A DNA stretch of 64,000 nucleotides, from the NCBI GenBank assembly GCA_034669905.1, contig JAXMOL010000041.1, positions 11,934 through 75,933 on the forward strand, written 5' to 3'. The position numbers and the translations under genes were made by a program. This stretch comes from Candidatus Hydrogenedentota bacterium (GTDB taxonomy: Bacteria; Hydrogenedentota; Hydrogenedentia; Hydrogenedentales; JAEUWI01). Under the pieces are notes generated by a model that was not told the DNA's origin, did no database searches, and saw nothing but the letters and a program-made list of their open reading frames with translations. This document shows positions 40,224 to 49,723 of this stretch, piece after piece. Numbering within the stretch: position 1 is the stretch's first letter; the number at the start of each line of letters is the position of its first letter.

Positions 40224-40410
40224 TTATCCACACCTGCTTTCCAATCCGTCGGAAAACTTCCGGTGTTGAATAAAATTTCAGTATAAACACCCTAAACCAA
40301 TTAATAGCAGTAGTTTAAGTTAAATAAGATTAAGAAACCACCCTTGGGTGTCCATTCTCTATCCGGGGCTTTTCCACCTGTGAAAGGAGTTTATCAACAA
40401 GTTATCCACA
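40224..40410. promoter_or_regulatory. DnaA-box cluster downstream of dnaN with AT-rich tract
   Basis: TTATCCACA at 40224 and 40402; TTATCAACA 40391; TTTTCCACC 40370; AT-rich 40266-40340. Confidence 0.75.
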
Positions 40411-40468
40411 ACCCCTCTAAAGCACACCATCTACGCGATTACCACCACATATGGGGACAGAAAGAGGA

Positions 40469-40499
40469 ATCGGGAGTTTCTACCGTAGAAACTCCCGAT
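40469..40499 (-). terminator. dnaN terminator hairpin
   Basis: ATCGGGAGTTTCTAC-c-GTAGAAACTCCCGAT perfect inverted repeat followed by a pyrimidine tract on the minus strand. Confidence 0.7.
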
Positions 40500-40529
40500 G
40501 AGGGTAAAACAAGTTAGTTCCGGGCGCAC

Positions 40530-41636
40530 CTAGATGCGAATGGGCATCACCACGTTGACGTAGAGATCGGCGGGACCTTCGCTGTAGGGCTTGATAATCC
40601 CGGGGCTCATGGCGTCTTTCACCACGACAGCGGTCTGTTCCGTCTGAATGCGACGCAGTACATCGAGCACAAAGTCGGGATTGAACGCGATTTCCACGAC
40701 TTCCCCATCGTACTCAATCGGAATTTCTTCCTCGTACTCCCCGACTTCCGGGGTCACGACTTTGAGGGTCATCATTCCCTCTCCAAAACCGAAGCGTACC
40801 GAGTTGAACTTGTCGTTGGTCATGGTACGGGTCCGGCGCACCGCCTCGGTGAACCGCTCGGTGTTCACCAGGACCTCCTTATCGTGTTTTGCGGGGATAA
40901 CCATGTTGTAGTTCGGGAAGGTACCTTCGATGAGCGCAGAGACCAACCTGAGGTTGTTAAACACGAAAGCAATCTGGCTCTCGTCGAGGTATACCTGTAC
41001 CGGTTCCTCATCATCCAACAAGCGCTCCAGTTCATGGATCATCTTGGAGGGGATAATAATCTTGGTTTCGATGTCGCCGGGAACGCCATCCGATTCACGG
41101 TTCAACGACATGCGCCGTCCGTCGGTCGCTACGACCGTGAGTTTGCCTTCGGCAATCTCAAAGAGCAGACCCGTCAGGTTGTAGCGAGCCTGGTCGTTAC
41201 AGATGGCGAAGGAAGAGCGCGTAAAGAGCTTCTTAAGCGCTGCCTGGGTGAAGGTAAGGGGTTCGATACCCTCAAAGCTCCGAATGGGCGGAAACTCGTC
41301 TGGAGACATGCTGAAGAGTTTGGTATCGATCCGACCGCAAGTAATCTCGATGATGTTGTTGTTGGTCAGATTGAGGGTGATGTCCTCATTGGGCATTTCC
41401 GCGAGCATGGAGGAAAGGCGCTGGGAGGATATCGTCATGGCGCCGGGACTATCCACGGTGCAATCAACGGTGCACTCGATACTCACTTTGAGATCAGTGG
41501 CCGCCAGCTTTACCGAAGCCTCTCCCGTCTCCAACAGGATGTGGGAGAGGATGGGCAGGGCGGACTTTGACGACACGATACTCTTGACCTTGTTTACAGC
41601 GTCCAGGAGGTCTTGTCGGGGAATAGTTATCTTCAT
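40530..41636 (-). CDS. dnaN: DNA polymerase III beta sliding clamp
   Basis: LPILSHILL, ATDL, ARYNLTG, VATDGRR, LIEGTFPNY, IAFNPDF, VVMPIRI. Confidence 0.98.
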   Translation of the reverse strand: MKITIPRQDLLDAVNKVKSIVSSKSALPILSHILLETGEASVKLAATDLKVSIECTVDCTVDSPGAMTISSQRLSSMLAEMPNEDITLNLTNNNIIEITCGRIDTKLFSMSPDEFPPIRSFEGIEPLTFTQAALKKLFTRSSFAICNDQARYNLTGLLFEIAEGKLTVVATDGRRMSLNRESDGVPGDIETKIIIPSKMIHELERLLDDEEPVQVYLDESQIAFVFNNLRLVSALIEGTFPNYNMVIPAKHDKEVLVNTERFTEAVRRTRTMTNDKFNSVRFGFGEGMMTLKVVTPEVGEYEEEIPIEYDGEVVEIAFNPDFVLDVLRRIQTEQTAVVVKDAMSPGIIKPYSEGPADLYVNVVMPIRI

Positions 41637-41657
41637 GGTGTTCTCCGTGGCGTTTCA

Positions 41658-42249
41658 TGTGGATAATCGGTGCTTAGTATATATTATTGTTCTTATAGAT
41701 AAAACAAGTCTTAGTCGTAATAGGGGACGGGATAGGGTGGAAAACGTATTTAAACCTATCCAAATCAATGGGTTAGCCTGTTGACAAGAAAGTGGATAAG
41801 CTCAGGCGTTATCCACTTTTGTCCCCAAAATTCCGAATGTGCTTCTGATTGTTTGTGAATTGTCGTGTTTGTTTGGGGAAAAGTACAGGGTTTATCCCAC
41901 GGTATTCCGAATGTTATCCACAATCCGACGTGGGGCAATTGTTCCACGGTAGTGCGGGGTTATCCACAGACCAGAATCCGTCTAAAAAAGGGTGTTTGAG
42001 CCACTTTTCCCCGACTTACTCACCGACCGTGGAACTTCGTCTTGCGGGCGATTTCCGGGCCATCCCGGCCTGGGGCGAATAGTTATAAGTTCTTTTGTAT
42101 CAATGAATTATGTATTTGGTGTATTGGGGTGAATCAGGCGCTAATGATTCGCTAACTCATTGAAACACAGTAGTTTGTATCGGGTTTGATGCAACAAGGA
42201 GGGATCCCGAGGGACCCCTCCAAAGCAGGTTATTAACAAGTTATCCACA
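41658..42249. other. Probable chromosomal replication origin (oriC)
   Basis: Perfect DnaA boxes at 41658(-), 41914, 41960, 42241; one-mismatch boxes at 41736, 41791, 41809, 42230; DnaA-trio-like run 41709-41723 next to AT-rich 41675-41708; IHF consensus WATCAAN4TTR at 41763 and 42098. Confidence 0.85.
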
Positions 42250-42326
42250 GGCCCCTGTCCCAAAATCGACCGAAGCGGTAAATTAACGCGGTTTCTGCGG
42301 GTTCCTGTCCCATTGGATTCAATCCA

Positions 42327-44294
42327 TCAGGTTCGGATAACGCGCAGGAATTCTTCCGGAGTTACGATGCCGTCTTTGACTTTCTGGCGGCAGCGCATGG
42401 CCATGGTCTTCAGCTTGGCGGCCTTCATGATCTGCTCCGTACCGGCTTCGTCGTTGATTAATTTCCGGATCGGCTCTGTGACCTCCAATACTTCGAAAAT
42501 TCCTGTTCGCCCGCGGTTTCCCGTGTGATAACAGGTGTCACAGCCTTCGCCGCGATAGAGTTTCTTGGTCGTCGCCGGCAGTCCGAGTGATTTCAGCAGG
42601 GATCCGGCGGGTTTGAAGCTGGTCCGGCATTCGTCGCAAATGGTCCGCACGAGACGCTGCCCCACCACCGCCGTCAGGGCACTGGAGATAAGGTACGCCG
42701 GGACATCCATATTCCGCAGGGTACTGATGGCTTCCGGGGCGTCATTGGTGTGCAGGGTGCTGAAGACCAGGTGTCCGGTCATGGCCGCGCGAATCGCGAT
42801 ACGCGCAGTTTCAGAGTCCCGAATTTCACCGACGAGCAGGACATCGATATCCTGTCGCAGGGAAGCGCGGAGGGTATTGGCAAAGGTGAGGTCGATATCG
42901 TTGTCGATTTGGACCTGGTTAATGCCCGAAAGTTGGTATTCTACGGGGTCTTCAAGGGTCACGATACTGTCGGTCATGACATTTTTCTGATTGAGGGCGG
43001 CGTAGAGACTGGTTGTTTTACCACTGCCCGTGGGGCCGGTGACGAGAATCATGCCGTAGGGCTTTTCAATGACCTTGATAAAGAGCTTCTCATCTTCGGG
43101 TTCCAGGCCCAGATCGCGGACCCCCGACAGGATGGAGGTTTGATCCAGAAGACGCAATACGATACGTTCGCCGAGGTAGGTCGGAAGACTGGCCACCCGC
43201 ACGTCGAATTCCTGTTCACCCACTTCCATACTGATATGGCCATCCTGGGGGTGCCGGGTATCGGTAATGTCGAGTTCGGCGATGATTTTGATGCGGGAGA
43301 TGACCGCGGCTTCCATTTCCTGGGGGATACTGAGAATATCGTGGAGGACGCCATCGATGCGGTAGCGGACCCGCATTTCGGGTTCGTGGGGATCGAGGTG
43401 CACATCGGTAGCCCCAGAGTTAACCGCGCCTTCAATGATCGTGGTTACCATTTGGATGACGGAACTACCCGATGCGGCCCGTGCAATACTCTCAAATCGC
43501 GCCATTTCGCGCTCTTCTCCAACTTCGTAGTCTTCCACATCACTCACGTCATCGTTCTCCGTAGTGTTAGAATGTTCAATGATTGCTGAGGTTTCAATGG
43601 TTTCGGCAATATCCACGACCTTTTTCGTGGCTTTGGCGGGGGGGGCCTCGTTCGCATCGTTTACCTGGGCATATCGGGTCGCCAGCTCGGCAGACAGGTC
43701 CGGGCAGGCGGTAATACTGGCATGAATTCGTTTGCCCAGGATAAGGGCCGCATTCTCCAGCTTTCCCAGGGCCTGGGGACTGGTGATGAGTACGTCGAGG
43801 CGGTCGCTCACCAGCGCAATGGGAATCAACTCATATTTCCGGGCCACACTCTGGGGAATGGCTTCCAGGGCCAGTCGTTGACTCGGCGACTTTTGCAGGT
43901 CTACATAGGGAATGTTGTGCTGGAGACTGAAGGCCTGGGCCACGTGCTCTCGTTCTACATACCCATTATCGACGAGGATACTGCCCAAAAGGCGCCCGCT
44001 TCGCTTCTGCTGGGCCAAGACCTCGGCCAACTGGTCACGGGACAGAACCCCCATCTCGACCAGGGCCTCCCCCAGGCTGGTGTCGACGGCACGGGTGGCG
44101 GTACTGTGAAACTCGTAGCGCAGGAGCTCTTCAATCGCGCCAAAAGAAACTTTGCGCTGTTTCACGAGGAGCTTGTACCACGGTGTTCCCGTGTCGGCTT
44201 CGGCCTCTTTGGCCCGTTCCAGGTCATCCCGCGTGATGAGGTCCTGCTTTACCAGGTTTTCACCGATACTGATGCTTCGCTTGCGCGCACACAT
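42327..44294 (-). CDS. GspE/PilB-family secretion/pilus ATPase with MshEN N-terminal motifs
   Basis: GPTGSGKT Walker A, TLEDPVE, LRQDID..GEIRD, TGHLVFSTLHTN, CDEC/CDTC; LGEALVEMG..L..Q and LGSILVDNG motifs; start reassigned to ATG 44294. Confidence 0.92.
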   Translation of the reverse strand: MCARKRSISIGENLVKQDLITRDDLERAKEAEADTGTPWYKLLVKQRKVSFGAIEELLRYEFHSTATRAVDTSLGEALVEMGVLSRDQLAEVLAQQKRSGRLLGSILVDNGYVEREHVAQAFSLQHNIPYVDLQKSPSQRLALEAIPQSVARKYELIPIALVSDRLDVLITSPQALGKLENAALILGKRIHASITACPDLSAELATRYAQVNDANEAPPAKATKKVVDIAETIETSAIIEHSNTTENDDVSDVEDYEVGEEREMARFESIARAASGSSVIQMVTTIIEGAVNSGATDVHLDPHEPEMRVRYRIDGVLHDILSIPQEMEAAVISRIKIIAELDITDTRHPQDGHISMEVGEQEFDVRVASLPTYLGERIVLRLLDQTSILSGVRDLGLEPEDEKLFIKVIEKPYGMILVTGPTGSGKTTSLYAALNQKNVMTDSIVTLEDPVEYQLSGINQVQIDNDIDLTFANTLRASLRQDIDVLLVGEIRDSETARIAIRAAMTGHLVFSTLHTNDAPEAISTLRNMDVPAYLISSALTAVVGQRLVRTICDECRTSFKPAGSLLKSLGLPATTKKLYRGEGCDTCYHTGNRGRTGIFEVLEVTEPIRKLINDEAGTEQIMKAAKLKTMAMRCRQKVKDGIVTPEEFLRVIRT

Positions 44295-44547
44295 GTTTGA
44301 TGGTCTCTCCCAACCCGTTATAACGCCGGAATTCATTATAGTAGGACCATGAATGGATCGCAAAGTGCTATTTTTGACAATCCCTACCCAGCCCGGACCT
44401 TCGTCGATGTGTTCCACATCATCGGCCATTCTCGTGTGTTTTGCAAGTGTTTTGTTGTGTCAGGACTTGGTCTTGACGAGGTAGGGGCTGTATTATCGGT
44501 GGAGGCCGTGCCCTTTCCACGGGGTGACAATGGATATAGAGGACAAC

Positions 44548-45744
44548 ATGGAAACACCTGAACACGAAGCCGAAAAGACCGAAGTTGCCGAGACCGTTCC
44601 CCCCGTAAACTATGTTCAACTGGCGGGAAGTCTACTCATCGTCTTGCTGATAGGGACGAACCTGCTCACCTGGGCCTACTATCGTAACGAGGCACGGATG
44701 ACATCCACTTCCACGGTTGGCCATTCGCCTGTCCCTGCGGTGGAATCCACCCCGCGGCCCCCCCATCGCCCAGAGGCTATGGTGGCCGTCAACGAGACAC
44801 CCCGAAAAACAGACTTTGCCATTACGAATGCCCACGATCATCTCTATATGCTGAAGCATCTGGACAAGTATATGAAGGCGGCGGAGAGCTTTGGTATTGA
44901 GCGAACCGTCTTTGTAGCCAGCTCGGAATTCACCTTTATGGGTACCTCCGGCGATATGACCAAGCTCAATGACTGGAGCACGCGGGAAATCCTGAAGGCG
45001 GCAAAGAAGTATCCGGGCAAGATTATTCCCTTTGCTACCTTGCACCCGGATGATCCGGACAAGGTGGCACTGCTGAAGGAGTATGTGGCGGAAGGGGTGA
45101 TGGGCCTCAAGCTCTACACGGGCCACAGCAATTTTCACGATCGGTCGCTTGATGTACCGGAAATGGACCCCGTGTATGCCTATTGTGCCGAGACAGGATT
45201 ACCTTTGCTCTGGCACGTGAACATGGCCAAATACACCAAAGAGCTCTTCCAGGTACTCGATAAGTACCCCAATCTCACCGTGATCATTCCCCATCTCGGC
45301 GTGGGATTCTGGCGGCCCGATGGCCAGGTCATGGGTGAGGTGGAGCACATGCTGGCCACCTACCCCAATACCTACGTGGACACCAGCTTTGGTACGCGGG
45401 AGATTCTCGTGGGTGGCCTGGAAAAGGTCACGGCCTACACGGATATCTTTAAAGACTTTTATGAACGGCACCAGGACCGTATTGTGTGGGGCACCGATAT
45501 GGTGGTGACGGGCAATAAGGAAAAGACGGAAGCGTGGGTGAAGTCCGTCATTCGCGCTTGTCGTGACCTCCACGAAAAAGATGTCTATACCTTCTGGATG
45601 GCGGCGGAAGGTTCCGGGTATGCCTATGGCCGGGGCGACAACACCTATGGCACCCTGCGGGGCCTGAACCTGCCGGACAGCATCTTGAAGAAGATCTACG
45701 AGACCAACATAGACAAGGTGTTGGCGGCGGTCGAGAAAAAGTAG
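44548..45744 (+). CDS. Amidohydrolase_2 family protein, membrane-anchored
   Basis: N-terminal TM; NAHDH, GLKLY, LWH, IPHLG, WGTD; AGAGGA RBS before ATG 44548. Confidence 0.85.
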   Translation: METPEHEAEKTEVAETVPPVNYVQLAGSLLIVLLIGTNLLTWAYYRNEARMTSTSTVGHSPVPAVESTPRPPHRPEAMVAVNETPRKTDFAITNAHDHLYMLKHLDKYMKAAESFGIERTVFVASSEFTFMGTSGDMTKLNDWSTREILKAAKKYPGKIIPFATLHPDDPDKVALLKEYVAEGVMGLKLYTGHSNFHDRSLDVPEMDPVYAYCAETGLPLLWHVNMAKYTKELFQVLDKYPNLTVIIPHLGVGFWRPDGQVMGEVEHMLATYPNTYVDTSFGTREILVGGLEKVTAYTDIFKDFYERHQDRIVWGTDMVVTGNKEKTEAWVKSVIRACRDLHEKDVYTFWMAAEGSGYAYGRGDNTYGTLRGLNLPDSILKKIYETNIDKVLAAVEKK

Positions 45745-45757
45745 GATCGTGATCAGG

Positions 45758-46771
45758 TTATGAACCGGAATCTTCACTTGTGCGCGTTTGCAGGGGCTCT
45801 TTGAAGGTAAGCGTGCGGTAGGGAAAGGGAATTTCGATACCCGCTTCGTCAAGCGCCCGTTTCACCGCGGCGATGATTTCATCCCGTGATTTTCGGATGT
45901 CCAGGGGCGTGGGGCCCGCCCACCAGGTGACTTCAAAGTTGATGCTGCTGTCGGCGAATTCCCGGGCGAAGATCTCGATGGGTTTGTTGGTGTGCACCGT
46001 GGCGCACCCTTCCACCGCTTTCCGAATAACCTCGCGCGAGGCGTCCACATCTTCGTCGTAAGCAATCCCAGCGATTACCGTGATCCGGCGATCACCCCAA
46101 TTGGTCAACACGTCTACGGGGTTCTTGAAGATGGTCGCATTGGGCACCACCACCAGCTCGCCCGATACCCGTCGGATCAGGGTGTTGCGAATGGTGATGT
46201 CCTCCACCTTCCCCGTGATCCCCTCGCATTCGATAAAGTCCCCATTTTCAAAGGGGAAGCGCCAGAGGATTAGAATACCCGCGAAAAAGTTTTCGAAGAT
46301 GTCCTTGAAGGCGAAGCCAATAGCGACAGAGCCAAGGCCGAGGCCCGCCAGCGCCCGGGCGGGGGTCAGGCCGGGGAACACGATCATGGCGGCGACCACG
46401 AGGCCGAGGCACCAGATACCAATGAGCAACAGGCGCTGAATCAGGTCGCGCAAGGAGCCCCGTAATTTTGTTCGCCCCAGGAGCCGGTCGGAGAATTTTG
46501 TGAAGGCCCAGGCGGCCAACCAGGTGAGCAGCAGAATCACGGCTCCGGCAACGAGGAGCGGCAGGTGCTCGAGAAAATCGCGGCTGATGTCGACGACGGT
46601 GCGGAGTATGGAATTCACCGTTACTTCGGCGGCATTCTCCGCGAAGTCGGTACTCTGCGCGGCGGCCCTGGTACCAGTCAGCGTGAGAAGAATAGTGGCC
46701 CCCAACAAAGTCAGGTGTCCCCAGTTCGTGCGGGTCATCGTCGTGTTCCTTTCACGGCTGCATGCCATCAT
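45758..46771 (-). CDS. mscS: Small-conductance mechanosensitive channel
   Basis: LAGLGLGSVAIGFAFKDIFENFFAG, PFENGD, VPNA, AGIEIPFP; start may be ~30 nt shorter. Confidence 0.9.
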   Translation of the reverse strand: MMACSRERNTTMTRTNWGHLTLLGATILLTLTGTRAAAQSTDFAENAAEVTVNSILRTVVDISRDFLEHLPLLVAGAVILLLTWLAAWAFTKFSDRLLGRTKLRGSLRDLIQRLLLIGIWCLGLVVAAMIVFPGLTPARALAGLGLGSVAIGFAFKDIFENFFAGILILWRFPFENGDFIECEGITGKVEDITIRNTLIRRVSGELVVVPNATIFKNPVDVLTNWGDRRITVIAGIAYDEDVDASREVIRKAVEGCATVHTNKPIEIFAREFADSSINFEVTWWAGPTPLDIRKSRDEIIAAVKRALDEAGIEIPFPYRTLTFKEPLQTRTSEDSGS

Positions 46772-46836
46772 CTCGCCCGTTCATCTTAGACGCAAGTACA
46801 CCAAGAAGCCAAGGAGTGCCCTTTGGTGAAGGCCCA

Positions 46837-48138
46837 CTACGGTGCGGGGAGAGCCGTCATTTTTGCCGCCAGCGTCGCCCCTTCCTCAAGGAAGACTTCG
46901 CCCAACCCATCGCCGTAGAAGGAGGCGGTTACTTCATAACCACTCAGGTGATACTCGTCTTTGGTGAGAATATAGCCGATGTGATCGTTGGTGCAGGCGA
47001 CGATAACGGGGTGTGCACTGCCTCCCTCGCGGAGAGACTGCTTGATGGCGAGCCCGATGGCGGTGATGGGTTCACCGGGGATGGTGATAAGGTGGAAGTC
47101 GTTGATCTGCAAACCGTAGAGCGGGGTGGCATCGGGAAAGAGTACCTGGAGCGCCACGCCCAATTGTTCCTCGGTCACCTGGTACTCGTCGCCCGCAATT
47201 TTAAGAAAATCCGGCGCAGGCTTCCGTTCGGGCAGATTGACCGTGTGGTTGTGGAGGGCGAATTGATTTACGGGACCCGTGTGAATGGCGCCAGCCAGGT
47301 TAGCGGCTGCCATGGCGACACGACGGCCATATTGCTCCGCCATCTCGAAGCGGCTCCCGCCCGTGTAACCCCGGGGTGCCACATCGCCTTCGGACCCATT
47401 GGTGTAGATACAGGTGACATCATGGCCTACCAGGTCTTCTACGGTGCGCTGCATGACACCGGCCCATCCGCCAGAGATTTCCATGATCTTTTCCGTCATG
47501 ATGGTGCCGTGGGCGGTGTAGTTGACCAAGAGGGCCAGGGGCGTTCCGTTGGCGCGGTCAAGGCGGACGATGGTCATGTCTTCATCGGTGGGTGCGCCGT
47601 CGTGGCGGCGGTTGCGGTTCATACCACGGAGGGGCACCACGCCCGTACCTGCGGTTACCGGCTCCAGGCGGCCATGGGCTTCCTTCAAGGCCGCCGCGAC
47701 CCGATCCGAAACAAACTGAAGGACCTCTTCGCTGAAGATACCGATGTGGGGATTGCCCAGGACGTTGTTCCGATCCATGGACATGCCCTCGAGTCCCGCG
47801 TGATCGTGGCTGGCGGCCATGATGACCGAGTCGTAGGTGAGCCCCGGGATATTGGCCTTACGGACCGTTTCTTCGACCAGCGAGCGGGGTGTGGTGCAGA
47901 TATCGAGGCCCACCAGCGCAGCGAGGGTGTCGTCCGATTGCATGACGACGACCTTGGCATAGATGGTGTCGTGGATACCGGTGGCCGGGATGCCGTTACG
48001 TTCTCCGTAGCCGCCGAGCTGGGTGGGGATGCCGGCTTCGAGGGGGGTAATGCTGGCCCGTGCACAACCGGCCTGGAACTCGGCAGTGGCGGTCGTGGTG
48101 ACGAGGAGCAGGCTTAGACAGAGGGTGATTCGACGCAT
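46837..48138 (-). CDS. Neutral/alkaline ceramidase N-terminal-domain protein, secreted
   Basis: ITP..LGGYG.R, GIHDTIYAK, AASHDHAG, NRR, NYTAHGT, IPGEP, GYE. Confidence 0.8.
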   Translation of the reverse strand: MRRITLCLSLLLVTTTATAEFQAGCARASITPLEAGIPTQLGGYGERNGIPATGIHDTIYAKVVVMQSDDTLAALVGLDICTTPRSLVEETVRKANIPGLTYDSVIMAASHDHAGLEGMSMDRNNVLGNPHIGIFSEEVLQFVSDRVAAALKEAHGRLEPVTAGTGVVPLRGMNRNRRHDGAPTDEDMTIVRLDRANGTPLALLVNYTAHGTIMTEKIMEISGGWAGVMQRTVEDLVGHDVTCIYTNGSEGDVAPRGYTGGSRFEMAEQYGRRVAMAAANLAGAIHTGPVNQFALHNHTVNLPERKPAPDFLKIAGDEYQVTEEQLGVALQVLFPDATPLYGLQINDFHLITIPGEPITAIGLAIKQSLREGGSAHPVIVACTNDHIGYILTKDEYHLSGYEVTASFYGDGLGEVFLEEGATLAAKMTALPAP

Positions 48139-48219
48139 GGGGCGGGTCTCCTTTCAGGGAACGGTAAGGTCTCTTGGTATTAGAGCATAGACCGGGGCGG
48201 GCTGTCGCGGGTGTCGTTT

Positions 48220-48323
48220 GGGGACTGCACCGACGTCATGTCGAGCACCGAGCGTGGTGAACGTTTTGGCGGAATGGGGTTTGGTGACTACGGGTGATGT
48301 ACGTGGACGTCGGGGCTGTCCTC
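48220..48323 (-). mobile_element. 104-bp MITE/REPIN-like element (family A)
   Basis: Ends GGGGACTGCACCGACGT / ACGTCGGGGCTGTCCTC. Confidence 0.7.
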
Positions 48324-48394
48324 CTCTCCCTCCCGTGTCTTTTAGTTCAGCGGCGTGGGTATGTTTGCAGGTAGCCCGATTCACCCACAAGCAT

Positions 48395-48429
48395 CCCCCG
48401 CTTCGCTCCTCCGCTTGAGGGTGGCACCC
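48395..48429. repeat. REP-like half element (family B), reverse complement of 51876-51910
   Basis: cccccgcttcgctcctccgcttgagggtggcaccc vs gggtgccaccttcaagcggaggagcgcagcggggg. Confidence 0.75.
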
Positions 48430-48495
48430 CCGCGTTTTTTGTATGGCCTACTGGTTGGCGTGGATGGGTTTATTCGTGACGTCGGTGCAGTCCCC

Positions 48496-48599
48496 GGGGA
48501 CTGCCTCGACGTCACGTCGAGCACCGAGCGTGGTGAACGTTTTGGCGGAATGGGAATTGGTAGCTATAGGTGGAGCACGTGGAAGTCGGGGCCGTCCCC
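48496..48599 (-). mobile_element. 104-bp family A element; abuts a truncated opposite-orientation copy ending at 48495
   Basis: Near duplicate of 48220-48323. Confidence 0.7.
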
Positions 48600-48680
48600 C
48601 TCTGCTGGGGCGTGGGTGCGATTGCAGGTAGCCCTATTCACCCACACGCATCCCCCGGCCCAAGAATGGATGGTGGCCCT

Positions 48681-48821
48681 TTGGAGTGCGTAAGCTTGCT
48701 TACGCTCTTTCAAAGTGAGCTTGCTCACGGCATAGGCTGTGTGCACGGCAGCTCAAGGCCCGTGCAGGGGTGGGGAGCAAGCTCCCCGGGGGAAAAGCGG
48801 CAGCAAGCTGCCGCACTCCAA
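48681..48821. repeat. REPIN-like element (family C, GGAGTGCG..AGCTTGCT)
   Basis: TTGGAGTGCG...CGCACTCCAA inverted ends enclosing four AGCTTGCT/AGCAAGCT hairpins. Confidence 0.75.
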
Positions 48822-48960
48822 GGAGTTGTCTTTCCCAACGGGGCTTCCCCGGAATTGGGGCCGTCCCCCGCTCCCGAGCGATCGTTGCACCCATAAGGCC
48901 GTTCGTACCTCACGTCCGTATAGGTGGCACCCGTGTGGAGAGTGAGGTGCATTTTGGAAG

Positions 48961-49062
48961 GGGGACAGCCCCGACTAGTGCGCGCTCGTGTCTGGGCGAC
49001 GATGTGGATGTAGCCCGCGGGCTGTTGTGTGTGGGTTTATTCGTGACGTCGGTGCAGTCCCC
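48961..49062 (+). mobile_element. 102-bp family A element
   Basis: GGGGACAGCCCCGAC...GACGTCGGTGCAGTCCCC. Confidence 0.7.
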
Positions 49063-49095
49063 AAAAAAAATCGCCCCTCCGGGGGGAGGGACGAT
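49063..49095 (-). terminator. Intrinsic terminator of the glycine-zipper lipoprotein gene
   Basis: Minus strand ATCGTCCCTCC-cccc-GGAGGGGCGAT followed by a T-run. Confidence 0.8.
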
Positions 49096-49123
49096 GTACA
49101 GATTCCGAGCGATATTTGCCGTC

Positions 49124-49723
49124 TTATTGCACGGTGAATTCGGCAGTACCGAAGATGGTCGACTTGTCCGTCTGCACCTTTTGTACGAGGGAGTATTGAC
49201 CGGGTTTCAGATTCGATGGCAGCTTCACCTGCTGGGTCGTGATCCAGGTTCCGTCTTGCCGGGTGAAGGTCTTGGAGGAGATGTCCGAAATGAGCTTTTC
49301 GCCCCGGAGCAAGCGTCGGGTTTCGACCACCTGGGTGTTGCCCGTGCTACCGATAATCGCGTACTGGAGGGACGCAGTAATGGTCGATCCCGGTGACACC
49401 ACATCGGGGCTGACGAAGTATTCTTCGATAGAGAGTACTTCTCCCTGGCTGGGCTGATAGTTGTAGGTTTGCACCGTCTGTTCCCGGCTCTTGGCCCGGT
49501 CGGCTTTCACATCGTGGACGAACCAGCCGGTGAGACCGCCTGCGGCGGCACCGATGGCGGCGCCTTCGAGGGCATGGCCAGATTGGTGACCAATAATGGC
49601 CCCGGCCACACCACCGATAGTGGCGCCGAGTCCAGCGGACTGTCCGGTTGTTTCGCAGCCGATGAGGGTCAGCATAAGGCACGTGGCGAGGACACCCGTG
49701 ATCCATCGTTTCATTGTAGACAT
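49124..49723 (-). CDS. Glycine-zipper lipoprotein
   Basis: MSTMKRW...LTLIGC lipobox; GATIGGVAGAIIG and GAAIGAAAGGLTG; GGAGAG RBS. Confidence 0.85.
   Translation of the reverse strand: MSTMKRWITGVLATCLMLTLIGCETTGQSAGLGATIGGVAGAIIGHQSGHALEGAAIGAAAGGLTGWFVHDVKADRAKSREQTVQTYNYQPSQGEVLSIEEYFVSPDVVSPGSTITASLQYAIIGSTGNTQVVETRRLLRGEKLISDISSKTFTRQDGTWITTQQVKLPSNLKPGQYSLVQKVQTDKSTIFGTAEFTVQ

Noticed and set aside
37610..41666. parS-like sequences (CGTTTCACGTGGATGA at 37609, CGTTTCATGTGGATAA at 41651, also CCACGTGGAAC near 4804)
   Set aside because: Several mismatches to the 16-bp palindrome; one is explained by a DnaA box and one lies within coding sequence; no parAB nearby.
48154..49396. Small ORFs in the repeat hotspot (and at 3467-3864, 4454-4939, 60304-60852)
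   Set aside because: Translations of REP-like repeats; low complexity, no RBS.
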